Source: a virus. From it: a stretch of 64,000 bases of DNA. The number at the start of each line of letters is the position of its first letter. Positions within the stretch are counted from its first letter, which is position 1. Below are positions 21,180-30,439 of this stretch, in pieces. Position numbers and translations under genes: made by a program. The stretch lies in the IMG/VR virus record IMGVR_UViG_3300042569_002607, positions 9,671-73,670 of that record; one strand, 5' to 3'. Under the pieces are notes generated by a model, which saw only the letters and a list, made by a program, of their open reading frames with translations, was not told the origin of the DNA and did not search any database.

Positions 21180-21614
21180 ATGGCAGACGACGTACAGATT
21201 ACTCCCCGTAGCGGTGACAGCGCCCTCGAAAACATCAGTACCGAGGAAGTCACGACGCTGAACGGCAGCACGGTGACCGCGAAGCAAGTGCAGCGCGTCG
21301 CGCCGGTGCTCATCAGTGGCGACGCGACAGGCGTCGACGTCGGCCGCAACAACCCGATGCCGACCGAAGTCTACGGCGAACTGGTCGAGGCCATCGAAGC
21401 GATGCGCTTCGCCGTGCAATCGCTGACGCGCAGTGTGGGGCTGCTCACCGTCGACGGCGCGGGCCGCGTCCGCATGGTATCGGACTCGATCGCAATCGCG
21501 TCCGGCAACCTCACCAATCAGGGGCAACTCGGCGGCCTGTCGGCCAACGATGCGATTCCCTCGTTCCTCGGAATGCGCGCGGACGGCCTGCGCGCGAACA
21601 TCACCATTACCTGA
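21180..21614 (+). CDS. hypothetical structural protein
   Basis: 144 aa, NPMP motif, precedes the propeller gene. Confidence 0.6.
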   Translation: MADDVQITPRSGDSALENISTEEVTTLNGSTVTAKQVQRVAPVLISGDATGVDVGRNNPMPTEVYGELVEAIEAMRFAVQSLTRSVGLLTVDGAGRVRMVSDSIAIASGNLTNQGQLGGLSANDAIPSFLGMRADGLRANITIT

Positions 21615-21625
21615 GCCCATAGCCC

Positions 21626-23056
21626 ATGCCTACGACCAACGGCAACCGAAAGCTCCTCGATCTCAAGCGCTGGGAAATGTGTGCACCGCTGCCGCAGATC
21701 ACCAACAGCGCGATGTTCGTCGCGTCTTCGCGGCACTTCCGTCAGCAACAGATGCTGGTGTCGAGCGCGACGGTCGCACAGCTGCATAACCCTGGCGAAG
21801 ACGGCTGGGTTGCGGTCCCGTCGCCCGCGCTCGGCAGCTTCGCCGTGGGCGCGTGTGGCGTGGGCGGCGCGATCTCGACGGGCGCCACGGCGGGTGTCGC
21901 GTCGCTGACGGCCACGGGCGGCACCACGTCGACGATCGTCACGAATCAAACGCTCGCGCGCGCTCTGCGCGGCTATCACGTGCACATTCTCGCGGGGCCG
22001 AACGCGGGCGTCACGTTGGAGATCCTCAGCAACACGATCGGCGCCAACGCGACGATTATCGTGGACGAGCAAGGCAGCGCGTTTACCGCGTCGACGGTGT
22101 ATCGCCTGATCACGCCGGTGTGGTACGTGTTCGGCGGCGGGACGCTGGCGGTTGGCAGTTTCCGCAAGTACGACTACGCGACGAATACATGGGTCACGCT
22201 CGCGAACACGGGGTTGCCCGCCTCGTTCGGCACCGACGGCAAGCTGTTTAACACGCCATCGTGGATTGATACCGGCTACAAGCAGTTCGCGACGGGCACC
22301 GCGACGGCGGGCGGCGCGAGCACGCTGACCAACAGCGCGCGCAACTGGACCACGAATCAATGGGCGAACTGTCAGGTCCGAATCGTCTCCGGCACGAACG
22401 CGGGGCAGATTCGCACGATCGCGAGCAACACCGCCACCGTGCTCACGACGACGGCCGCGTGGCCGACGCCCCCTGATGCGACGACGGTCTATAGCATCGA
22501 AGGCAACGACGATTTCCTCTACCTGCTCGGCAACAACGCGGTGACGCTCTACCGCTACTCGATCGTCGGCAACACGTGGACGACCCTCGCGCCGACCCTC
22601 GCGCGCGCGGGCGTCGCGAACAACGCGGTCTCGGCGCACTGGATTCACAGCGCCACGGCGGCCGAATGGAAGGCGGAGAACACGATCCAAAACGGCCGCT
22701 ACGTGTACAGCTTTCGCGGCGGCGGCTCGGCGGCGCTCGATCGGTATGACATCGCGCTCAACACGTGGGCCGCGCTCACGTATGCGCCCGCGACCGAGAC
22801 GCTCACGACCGGCACCAAATACTGCTACCTGAAGGACCGCATCTACATCACGAAGGAAGCGACCGGCCGCTGGTTTGTGTTTGACGTCGTGGAGAACGCC
22901 ATGCACCCGTGGTCGACAATGCTCTACCCGCAGGGCGGCGCCGTGATCGGGGACACGTCCTGGGACGCGACGTTCCGAGACGGCACGACCGAAATCGACT
23001 TCGTCTACATGGCGCTCAATACCAGCGCCATCGTCCTCCGCCAAATGGTGATCTGA
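21626..23056 (+). CDS. Kelch-type beta-propeller protein with inserted domains
   Basis: Repeated YD..TNTW / YS..GNTW / YDI..NTW blades with GG motifs. Confidence 0.8.
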   Translation: MPTTNGNRKLLDLKRWEMCAPLPQITNSAMFVASSRHFRQQQMLVSSATVAQLHNPGEDGWVAVPSPALGSFAVGACGVGGAISTGATAGVASLTATGGTTSTIVTNQTLARALRGYHVHILAGPNAGVTLEILSNTIGANATIIVDEQGSAFTASTVYRLITPVWYVFGGGTLAVGSFRKYDYATNTWVTLANTGLPASFGTDGKLFNTPSWIDTGYKQFATGTATAGGASTLTNSARNWTTNQWANCQVRIVSGTNAGQIRTIASNTATVLTTTAAWPTPPDATTVYSIEGNDDFLYLLGNNAVTLYRYSIVGNTWTTLAPTLARAGVANNAVSAHWIHSATAAEWKAENTIQNGRYVYSFRGGGSAALDRYDIALNTWAALTYAPATETLTTGTKYCYLKDRIYITKEATGRWFVFDVVENAMHPWSTMLYPQGGAVIGDTSWDATFRDGTTEIDFVYMALNTSAIVLRQMVI

Positions 23057-23057
23057 C

Positions 23058-23228
23058 ATGACCGTTGATGATCTCATCGAGATGGCGGACGCGCGGCTCG
23101 CGCTGTGCGCGCAGCGTCGGAGCGTCGCGGTCGCGGACGGCGACGTGCAAGCCGTGATCCGACTGGACGCCGAAATCGCGCAGACCGAAGCGACGCGCAC
23201 GGTGTTGCTCACGTCGCGCCCGTCGTAA
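23058..23228 (+). CDS. small helical protein (56 aa, absent from the ORF track)
   Basis: ATG immediately after upstream stop; MTVDDLIEMADARL... Confidence 0.6.
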   Translation: MTVDDLIEMADARLALCAQRRSVAVADGDVQAVIRLDAEIAQTEATRTVLLTSRPS

Positions 23229-23240
23229 CCGGATCGCCGC

Positions 23241-24251
23241 GTGTCGCTGCTCCTGCTGCTGCGGCCCAGTACGGAGCCTGCCGCCCCGCTGACCGTCGCG
23301 CTGCTCCAAGGCGCGACGGTCATTGCGACACGCATCATCAGCGGGCTGACGACGACCGAGACGGACTACGCGTTCGTCCTCACGGCCGGCGAGCGCGCGG
23401 CGATTACCGATCAGACCGCCCTCCGGCTGCGCTGGACGCTCGGCACGGCCACGGCGGTGCGCGTCACCGAGGCGCGGGTCTCGCTCACAGGGACGCCATC
23501 GACGACCGGGGCGGCCCTCGCGGGCGACGTCGTGGTCACGATCGCGGCGACCGGTGCTCTCACGGTCGACAAGCCGCTAAGCGGTACGGCAGCGGTCGCG
23601 CTGGTGACGAGCGCCGCGTTGACGGTCGGGAAGCCGCTCGCGGGCGCGTCCTCGGTTGCCGTCACCACCAACGGCGCGCTGGCGGCGGTGGGGATGAGCG
23701 CCGCGAGTGCGGTGTCGGTCGGTACCGCCGGCGCGCTCGAGGTCCCGAAGCCGCTGAGCGGGGCCGTGCTCGCGGCGATCACCGTGAGTGCCGCCCTCAC
23801 CGTGGCCAAGCCGCTGGCCGGGAATGCGGCGCTGGCCCTTACGACGGCGGGGGCCCTCGACGTCCCGAAGCCGCTGGCGGGCACCGTGTCGGTCTCGGTG
23901 GCGGCCGTCGGCAGTGTGGTGGTGCCGAAGCCGCTCGCGGGCGGGGTCAGCGTCAGCGTGGTGGGCGCGGGGGCGCTGCGGGTGCCGAAGCCGCTATCGG
24001 GCGTGGTGGAGATTGCCGTCACCACCAGCGGCGCACTGCTCTCGCTGACGATCGGCCGCTACCTCAACGGCGTACAAACCGTCGTGCCGCGCTACGCGGG
24101 AGTGTTGTGGGTCGGCGCCCGCGCTGACGCGGACCTCACGGTGGATGAACGATTGGCGAGCGTCGTGGCGCTCATCGCCCGCTTCGAAGCGGACGCGCTG
24201 CATTCCGCTGGCGGCGGTGCGCTCGCCGTGATTGCCGGCGAACCTACATAA
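23241..24251 (+). CDS. repeat-rich fibre protein
   Basis: About eight 20-aa repeats of GAL.V.KPL.G. Confidence 0.7.
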   Translation: MSLLLLLRPSTEPAAPLTVALLQGATVIATRIISGLTTTETDYAFVLTAGERAAITDQTALRLRWTLGTATAVRVTEARVSLTGTPSTTGAALAGDVVVTIAATGALTVDKPLSGTAAVALVTSAALTVGKPLAGASSVAVTTNGALAAVGMSAASAVSVGTAGALEVPKPLSGAVLAAITVSAALTVAKPLAGNAALALTTAGALDVPKPLAGTVSVSVAAVGSVVVPKPLAGGVSVSVVGAGALRVPKPLSGVVEIAVTTSGALLSLTIGRYLNGVQTVVPRYAGVLWVGARADADLTVDERLASVVALIARFEADALHSAGGGALAVIAGEPT

Positions 24252-24262
24252 CGCGAGGCCTT

Positions 24263-24643
24263 ATGGCGAACAACATCGCGCCCGAATGGCCCGTCGATAA
24301 CGACGGCCTGTGGTGGTGCAAGATCACGCAGAAGCAGCCGAATCCCACCACGGGCGAGATCGAAGATATCGACGTGATCGGTCGGAACGACGTCATCGCC
24401 TTCCCGTCCGCGACCGAGACGCTCAGCGATGCGGAGACAATTCACGCAGACCTGCAGCTCACGTTGACCAACGTCGCGGGCACCAACGTGTACTACGCCT
24501 ATCCGCAGGGTGACAAGGCGCGGCTCCGTTTGTTGCCGACGTATCTCGACCAACCCGTGTGGATCCACTTTAAGGCGGGCGACGGGGATTGGCACGAGGC
24601 GGCACGCACGATGGTGCGCAACAAGCGCACGGCCACGGGCTGA
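24263..24643 (+). CDS. hypothetical structural protein
   Basis: GAGG RBS; resembles the next gene. Confidence 0.6.
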   Translation: MANNIAPEWPVDNDGLWWCKITQKQPNPTTGEIEDIDVIGRNDVIAFPSATETLSDAETIHADLQLTLTNVAGTNVYYAYPQGDKARLRLLPTYLDQPVWIHFKAGDGDWHEAARTMVRNKRTATG

Positions 24644-24645
24644 GT

Positions 24646-25038
24646 ATGGCACGCCCCGCTCAACCGCTTACGCCGGCCGAACCGACGCTCATCGTGGATG
24701 GGCGTTCGGTGTTTCTCGCGCGCTCTCCCGTCCTCGAGGATGCCCGCGGCGCCCCCTACGATGGGCGCCAGGTGTCGCTCTCGCTGACGGCCACCGACGA
24801 CCCCGTCGGGGCGCCTCCCATTCACCCAGCCCTCGCGGGTCCGGGGGTCGGCATCGGCGGCGGGGTGTACACGCTCGCCCTGCTCCCGCGTGACTTGTGG
24901 TTACGCCTCGCCGCCTACGCGCACGAGCGCATTTACGTGTGCACGGCGACGCCGGAGCATCCGCCGCACTTCAGCCCCGTGCGCGTCGTATGGCGCGTAG
25001 CCGAATACCCCACGCCTGCGATCGAGGCACGCGCATGA
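24646..25038 (+). CDS. hypothetical protein, probable paralog of 24263-24643
   Basis: Shared SAT....IH..L....G..VY....RL..Y....V pattern. Confidence 0.55.
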   Translation: MARPAQPLTPAEPTLIVDGRSVFLARSPVLEDARGAPYDGRQVSLSLTATDDPVGAPPIHPALAGPGVGIGGGVYTLALLPRDLWLRLAAYAHERIYVCTATPEHPPHFSPVRVVWRVAEYPTPAIEARA

Positions 25039-25383
25039 CTCGGCGCCGCAGCACGCTCACGCTCGGGTACGAGGAGACGCAGGCGTCGCTTGACCGCGAA
25101 GACGTGGTCTTGCAGCAGCGCCGCGCGCAGCATCGGCCGAGTACGTCGCGCCCCCTTGCCCGCTGCGCCACGTGTGGGCAGTGGCCGCGCTGGCGCGAGA
25201 CGGTGACGGGGACGCTTTGCGTGGGGGATGGGGGCTCGGGACATCCATACAGCACGCAGTAGGCGGCGAAACGTCCGCCAATTCGGGAGCCGACCCCGAG
25301 GATTTTCGGAGCCCCCCGCCACGCTGGAATCGCGTAAAGCCCACGTTTTCAATCGTTTCCGGCCCTTTTGAACCAGTGTACCC

Positions 25384-25399
25384 CGTGCCACTTGCGCAA
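25384..25399 (-). repeat. dispersed 16-bp motif (variant)
   Basis: TTGCGCAAGTGGCACG on the minus strand, overlapping the -35 of the DUF932 promoter. Confidence 0.5.
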
Positions 25400-25420
25400 G
25401 GGGTAGCCTTGGGATATCCT
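25392..25420 (+). promoter_or_regulatory. sigma70-like promoter with palindromic operator
   Basis: TTGCGC-17bp-TATCCT; inverted repeat CAAGG-N5-CCTTG in the spacer. Confidence 0.55.
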
Positions 25421-25492
25421 TATTGTGTGGCCAGCGCGGAGACACCACCTCCGGCACTGACGGCCCACTCCCATTTCCCGAGGATACACACC

Positions 25493-26548
25493 ATGGCTCA
25501 CGAACTCGACACCCGCGACAACGGCGCCGCCGCCTTCGTCTCCCTCCGCCAGTCCGCGTGGCACCAGCTCGGCACGATCGCCGCCGACGAAATGACATTC
25601 GACGAAGCGATGCATCTGGGCGGACTCGATTACCCGTTGGCCCTTCGTCCGCTCACCACGTCGCTGTCTATCGAAGGCGCGAACGGCGACGAAATCGATA
25701 CGCTCGCGATCGACGTCCCGGGACATCGCGCCGTAGTCCGCGCGGACCGGAATCTGGTGCTTGGCGTGGTCTCCGATCGCTACGAACTGGTGACGAATCG
25801 CGAGGCCATGCAGATGGTGGACGTGCTCGTGAATGACGGCCTCGCCGTGATCGAAACGGCGGGCGTGCTTCGCGAAGGCGCTGATGCGTGGATGGCGCTG
25901 CGCTTCACCGGTGAGCAGATCGACGCGGCTGGCGAGAACGGCGGCGACGAGATCAAGTTCTACGGGCTGGTTCGCACGAATCACAACGGCAAGGCCTCGG
26001 TTCAGGTCGCGACGACCCCCGTGCGGGTGGTGTGCGCGAATACACTGGCCATGGCGCTGGGCAACGGGCAGACGACGGTCCGCAGCGTGCTCCACATGGG
26101 GGCACAGGCACGGAACAAGGTGCGCGACGCGGCGCAGTCGCTGTGGTCCGGCACGTTGCAGGACGCCGAGAAGATGGCGGCGGCGTTTGCCACGATGCGC
26201 CGCACAAGCATTTCCGAAGCGCAGTTCGAAACCGCGGTACTCGATGTCCTCTGCCCCATGCCGGCCGAGCCGGACGCCGACGCGTCCAAGCTGGCCCACG
26301 CGCTGTTCCCGTCGCGCGTGCTGAAGGCCACCGAAACGCGCTTCCGCATTCAGGAACTGTGGATCAGCGGCACCGGCCAGCAGGGCGCGTGCACCGCGTG
26401 GGATGCCTATAACGCCTGCACGGAAGCGCTGGACCACTTCGACGCGGTGACCGTGAAGGGCGAGCGCCTGACGGCGCTCCTGCCGACGGGCAAGCTCGCG
26501 CAGCTGAAGGCCACCGTGTTCGATCGCCTGCTGTCGCTGGCCGTCTGA
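25493..26548 (+). CDS. DUF932 family protein
   Basis: AWHQLG, LGVVSDRY...N.E, TPVRVVCANTL and TAWDAYNA motifs; CCCGAGGA RBS. Confidence 0.9.
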   Translation: MAHELDTRDNGAAAFVSLRQSAWHQLGTIAADEMTFDEAMHLGGLDYPLALRPLTTSLSIEGANGDEIDTLAIDVPGHRAVVRADRNLVLGVVSDRYELVTNREAMQMVDVLVNDGLAVIETAGVLREGADAWMALRFTGEQIDAAGENGGDEIKFYGLVRTNHNGKASVQVATTPVRVVCANTLAMALGNGQTTVRSVLHMGAQARNKVRDAAQSLWSGTLQDAEKMAAAFATMRRTSISEAQFETAVLDVLCPMPAEPDADASKLAHALFPSRVLKATETRFRIQELWISGTGQQGACTAWDAYNACTEALDHFDAVTVKGERLTALLPTGKLAQLKATVFDRLLSLAV

Positions 26549-26555
26549 TGACCTC

Positions 26556-26593
26556 ACGCCGGCGCGGGACACCACCCCGCGCCGGCGTCTTTT
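26556..26593 (+). terminator. intrinsic terminator with ACACCAC loop
   Basis: Perfect 13-bp stem followed by CTTTT. Confidence 0.75.
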
Positions 26594-26615
26594 CCCCTCT
26601 CCCGAGATCCGCCCG

Positions 26616-26894
26616 ATGACCTGTCCCATTCCCGTGCGCCGCGCGACGCGTCGGCGCCCCAGTGTTCCCGCGACGTCCAGCCCGGCGTGCACGCTGCAGC
26701 GCATTACCGTCGTGATTCGGCTCGGTGACGTCGTTGTCACCGCGTGCCGCGTGGCGGGTGCGCGCTATGTCCTTTGCTTCGATCGCGGCGAGCGTCGGCC
26801 CCGATTTGTGACGATGCCACGCAAAACGCTCGCGACCATGCTTCGCTACGCGCGCCGCGTGGGGCTCCCGTCGCGCATTCTCGGGAGGGTGTGA
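26616..26894 (+). CDS. hypothetical basic protein
   Basis: ORF fills the operon gap. Confidence 0.45.
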   Translation: MTCPIPVRRATRRRPSVPATSSPACTLQRITVVIRLGDVVVTACRVAGARYVLCFDRGERRPRFVTMPRKTLATMLRYARRVGLPSRILGRV

Positions 26895-26896
26895 AT

Positions 26897-27268
26897 ATGC
26901 CCACCTTACAGGGAAACACGCTGCGGAGTGCATTGAGCCTCGCCGCGCAAGTCATGAGTGATCTGGACGGCGACCTGGCTTTTGCGCTGCATATCGCCAG
27001 CATCGGGCACGCCGCGATGACGGATATGCTGGCGGACGTCGTTCTTGCCGTCATCACCCGCGTGGTGGACGAGACGGGATCACTTGAGACGTATTGGGAG
27101 GGCATCGAGCATCGCGGGATTCCGCTCTACGAATGCGCGAACGCGATCGCGACCGTGATGCAGGACCGCGGGCTCAGTGACGCGGCGACGTTGGAAGCCG
27201 CTGCCATCGACGCGTGCCTGGCACTGCTCCAGCCGATCCCGACGGCGGAGGACCGGCACCATGGCTAA
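26897..27268 (+). CDS. small acidic hypothetical protein
   Basis: GGAGG RBS; overlaps next gene. Confidence 0.6.
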   Translation: MPTLQGNTLRSALSLAAQVMSDLDGDLAFALHIASIGHAAMTDMLADVVLAVITRVVDETGSLETYWEGIEHRGIPLYECANAIATVMQDRGLSDAATLEAAAIDACLALLQPIPTAEDRHHG

Positions 27269-27521
27269 ATGGTACGCAGGCTATCGCACAGCGCTCGGTC
27301 TCGAGAGTGAGCCGGTGGCGCATGACACGTGGTCCGACGCACGCACGTCGTTGCGAGACATCGCCCATGTGCAGCTCATGAGCGCCATATGCGCCGGGCG
27401 GGCTTCTGCGGTGCGCGAGATGGAGGCGGTGCTCGATGACGTCGACGCGTGCACGGCCGATGCAGAACACGAGTTCGAAGGGGAGGGGCTCACCTTCTTT
27501 CTGGAGGAGCGCGCCCCATGA
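27261..27521 (+). CDS. small acidic hypothetical protein
   Basis: GGAGG RBS; coupled to neighbours. Confidence 0.6.
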   Translation: MAKWYAGYRTALGLESEPVAHDTWSDARTSLRDIAHVQLMSAICAGRASAVREMEAVLDDVDACTADAEHEFEGEGLTFFLEERAP

Positions 27522-27907
27522 CGATCCTCCCGCCCGCGGGCGCGGTTCCGGCCGTTCCTTGCCCGTCTCCCGACACTTCTCCCGTTTCCCCTTCCCTACC
27601 TCCTTGCGCACCAGATGCGTCGGTTCACGGGGCCATTCCGCGGCGTATTGCGCCGGCCGCGCTTGACCGATTTATGACGGTGTACGAGCGGCAGCTCCGC
27701 GCGCTCGTTGTCCGGCCATCGCTCGGCTACGGCTTCACGCTCGACGAGGTCCCGCGCGTCGTCGCACGAATGCGCGAAGCCTTCCGCACGGGCACTTACA
27801 ACCGGAAGGGACATGCGCTCAACGGGACGTGCCGGAGTCTCGGGATCTCCACCTCGCGGCGGTCAATCGACGCGTACCTCAGCGGAGGGCGCGGTCATGG
27901 ACCATAA
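27518..27907 (+). CDS. hypothetical protein
   Basis: ATGA coupling; GGAGG RBS. Confidence 0.55.
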   Translation: MTILPPAGAVPAVPCPSPDTSPVSPSLPPCAPDASVHGAIPRRIAPAALDRFMTVYERQLRALVVRPSLGYGFTLDEVPRVVARMREAFRTGTYNRKGHALNGTCRSLGISTSRRSIDAYLSGGRGHGP

Positions 27908-28235
27908 CGATCCCGCCTTCAAGCAATGGCTCGTCAGCGTCTCGGCGGCCGCCGCGCGTGAGCTGGCCGACGTCGTCACGCGCCCGTGTAGTGTGGCCGT
28001 CGTGCGCCGTGCCGTGCGCGCGGCGCTGCAGGACGACGCCTGTCCGTCGGACATCCGTGGCGAGCTCGTGACACACCTGACGCGTCTGACGAACGCGAAC
28101 AAACCGGCGCGACGTGATGCGCCGGTGTTGGTGAAGTTCTCCGCCGAAGAAAAAGCGCGCGTGGCGGAGCGCGCCCGTGCCGCGAATGTCGCGGTGGCGA
28201 CCTATATCCGGGCCTGTGCCCTAGGAGAACTCTGA
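27897..28235 (+). CDS. C-terminal ribbon-helix-helix DNA-binding protein
   Basis: VLVKFSAEEKARV..RARAANV.VATYIR..AL RHH pattern. Confidence 0.7.
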   Translation: MDHNDPAFKQWLVSVSAAAARELADVVTRPCSVAVVRRAVRAALQDDACPSDIRGELVTHLTRLTNANKPARRDAPVLVKFSAEEKARVAERARAANVAVATYIRACALGEL

Positions 28236-28891
28236 TGCCCCCGCGTTCCCCCGCGAACAAGTTGAGACCGCCGATGCCACCAGCCTCACCGGAAACGGCA
28301 GCGCTTACAATGCAGATGGTCCCAACTCTGTCCCTGCAGCCAGCGCCGTGGAACCCGCGGCGCATCGCGCCAGATGCGCGACAACGGCTGCGGGCAGGCA
28401 TCGAACGGTTTGGCTTTGTACAACCCGTCATCGCGCGCGAGGAGGACCGCCTCATTGTTGGCGGACATCAACGTTGGGACATCGCCGTTGAACTGCAGCT
28501 GCCCACCGTACCCGTCATCTTTCTCGCCGGTCTGACGGACGCGCGTGCAAAAGCGCTGGCCGTGCTGCTCAACAACAAAGATGCCCAGGGAGAGTGGGAG
28601 ATGTCGTCGTTGACCGCTCTACTCGAGGAGCTTGCCGTGGATCCGCTGGAGGAGTTGCTGTCGGCGACTGGCTTCGAAGCGAGCTCGCTTGAAAAGCTGC
28701 TTGGGACTGGCGCGAGTGACGCGGCGGTGCTCACGCCGCTCGAAGTGCGGCCGCTCCCGAAGATGGTGTGGGTGCTGATCGGTGCGCCGTCTGGCCAGTA
28801 CGCCGATATCGCCGACCGCGTCCAAGAGATCGCGACCGTCTCGGGCATTCTGTGTGAGGTGGTGTCCAGTGACCACGGAGCGCCGGCGTGA
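28235..28891 (+). CDS. ParB/Srx N-terminal domain protein
   Basis: PAPWNPRRI, FGFVQPVI and IVGGHQR motifs. Confidence 0.85.
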   Translation: MPPRSPANKLRPPMPPASPETAALTMQMVPTLSLQPAPWNPRRIAPDARQRLRAGIERFGFVQPVIAREEDRLIVGGHQRWDIAVELQLPTVPVIFLAGLTDARAKALAVLLNNKDAQGEWEMSSLTALLEELAVDPLEELLSATGFEASSLEKLLGTGASDAAVLTPLEVRPLPKMVWVLIGAPSGQYADIADRVQEIATVSGILCEVVSSDHGAPA

Positions 28892-29535
28892 GCGGCACGG
28901 GCAAAGTCGACAACGACTACTTCGGCGCGAAGCTGGCGCTGCGTCGGTACTTCCTTCGCACCTACCACGCGGGGCAGACCACGAAGGTGTTCGATGCGTG
29001 CCAGGCGACAGGACAATTGTGGAAGACCCTGCGCCAGGAGTTCGCGGTCTCGTACTTCGGCGTGGATCGTACGCCGCAACCCGGACGCCTGCAGATCGAC
29101 TCGGCGCGAGTGCTGGCCACGCCCGGGTGGTCGTTCGACGTGATCGACGTCGATACCTACGGCGCTCCGTGGACGCACTGGGAACAGATTCTTCGGCATG
29201 GCCGCGCGCCGGTGTCGGTGTTTCTGACGATCGGTTCGACGATGTTCAACGGGAGCACCGACAACGTCGCGCTACGCGCGATTGGCCTCGGGCCGATCAT
29301 CAGCAAGATCCCGCCGTCGTTTCGCCGCCGGCTTGACGAACTTGGCGTAGATTATTGTCTGGCAATGAGTTACACTTACCGCTGGCGCGTGGTTGACGCA
29401 CAAGAGGCACCCCGTGGACGGTCTGCGCGGTACCTCGGTCTCCACTTGGTACCCGAGGCTGTCGGCACGTCCGTGCCAAACCCGCAAGCGACCGGACACC
29501 ACCCGGCGCCTGCGTCACCTTTCCCGAGGACCTGA
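28888..29535 (+). CDS. putative SAM-dependent methyltransferase-like protein
   Basis: Motif I-like VFDACQATG; FDVIDVDTYGAPW resembles the DxDPYG motif. Confidence 0.6.
   Translation: MSGTGKVDNDYFGAKLALRRYFLRTYHAGQTTKVFDACQATGQLWKTLRQEFAVSYFGVDRTPQPGRLQIDSARVLATPGWSFDVIDVDTYGAPWTHWEQILRHGRAPVSVFLTIGSTMFNGSTDNVALRAIGLGPIISKIPPSFRRRLDELGVDYCLAMSYTYRWRVVDAQEAPRGRSARYLGLHLVPEAVGTSVPNPQATGHHPAPASPFPRT
29472..29487 (-). repeat. dispersed 16-bp motif (exact)
   Basis: CGTGCCAAACCCGCAA upstream of DUF5131. Confidence 0.8.
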
Positions 29536-29537
29536 AC

Positions 29538-30428
29538 ATGGCAGAAGGCTCAATCATCGCGTGGACCAATCACACCCTGAACCCGTGGATGGGGTGTCTC
29601 AAGATCAGCGACGGCTGTAAGAACTGTTACGCCGACACGCTGGTCACCAATCGCATGAAGCTGAACGTGTGGGGGCCTGCCTCCACAACCACGCGTAAGG
29701 TGACCAGCGCCGCTATCTGGGCGAAGCCGCACAGCTGGAATCGCGCCGCCGCAAAGGCTGACGAGGAGACGTTTGTGTTCTGCGCGTCGCTCTGTGACGT
29801 CTTCGAAGATCATCCGGTCGCAGACGCCACGCGGCCACGTCTCTGGGACGTCATCCGCGCTACGCCGCATCTCACCTGGCAGCTCTTGACCAAACGTCCT
29901 GAGCGCATTGCGGCACACCTGCCAGCGGATTGGGGTGAGGGCTGGCCCCACGTGTGGCTCGGCACGTCGATCGAGGACATGCGCGTGGCGAGTCGCGCGG
30001 ATCATCTGCGCCGCGTGCCGGCGGTGGTGCGCTTCATCAGCTACGAGCCGGCGCTCGGCCCGCTCGACGATCTCAACCTGTCCGGCATCGATTGGGTTAT
30101 CTACGGCGGGGAGTCGGGACCCGGGTATCGAGCGCACGATCTCGCGTGGCCGCGCGTTATGCGCGATCGCTGTGCCGCGGAAGGCGTTGCCTTCTTCTTC
30201 AAGCAGTCGGCCGCGCCGCGCACCGAGATGGGCATTCGACTCGACGGAGAGTTGATCCGCCTCTGGCCAACGCCACGCACGGTGCAGCATCCGTCTTTTC
30301 CGGACTACCGACCAGCCAGCATTCGCCGCACCCCGCCGGATAAGGACTACTCCCCGCGCTACTCCACAACGACACCGGCGGAACCGCCGGCGCTCGGCGC
30401 CGAGATAGCGGAAGGGCTGCTGCTGTAG
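29538..30428 (+). CDS. DUF5131 (phage Gp37/Gp68) radical-SAM-like protein
   Basis: I.WT..T.NPW.GC.KIS.GC.NCYA, LLTKRPE, DWVIYGGESG and FFFKQ motifs. Confidence 0.92.
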   Translation: MAEGSIIAWTNHTLNPWMGCLKISDGCKNCYADTLVTNRMKLNVWGPASTTTRKVTSAAIWAKPHSWNRAAAKADEETFVFCASLCDVFEDHPVADATRPRLWDVIRATPHLTWQLLTKRPERIAAHLPADWGEGWPHVWLGTSIEDMRVASRADHLRRVPAVVRFISYEPALGPLDDLNLSGIDWVIYGGESGPGYRAHDLAWPRVMRDRCAAEGVAFFFKQSAAPRTEMGIRLDGELIRLWPTPRTVQHPSFPDYRPASIRRTPPDKDYSPRYSTTTPAEPPALGAEIAEGLLL

Positions 30429-30439
30429 CGGCGCACGCG

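Noticed and set aside
8831-24251. Diversity-generating retroelement or invertible fibre shufflon
   Set aside because: No reverse transcriptase, TR/VR pair, invertase or flanking inverted sites were seen by eye
25172-25492. N-terminal extensions in the ORF track (also 13101, 34397, 44327, 47232)
   Set aside because: Downstream starts have RBS or stop-start coupling; extensions overlap other genes or promoters
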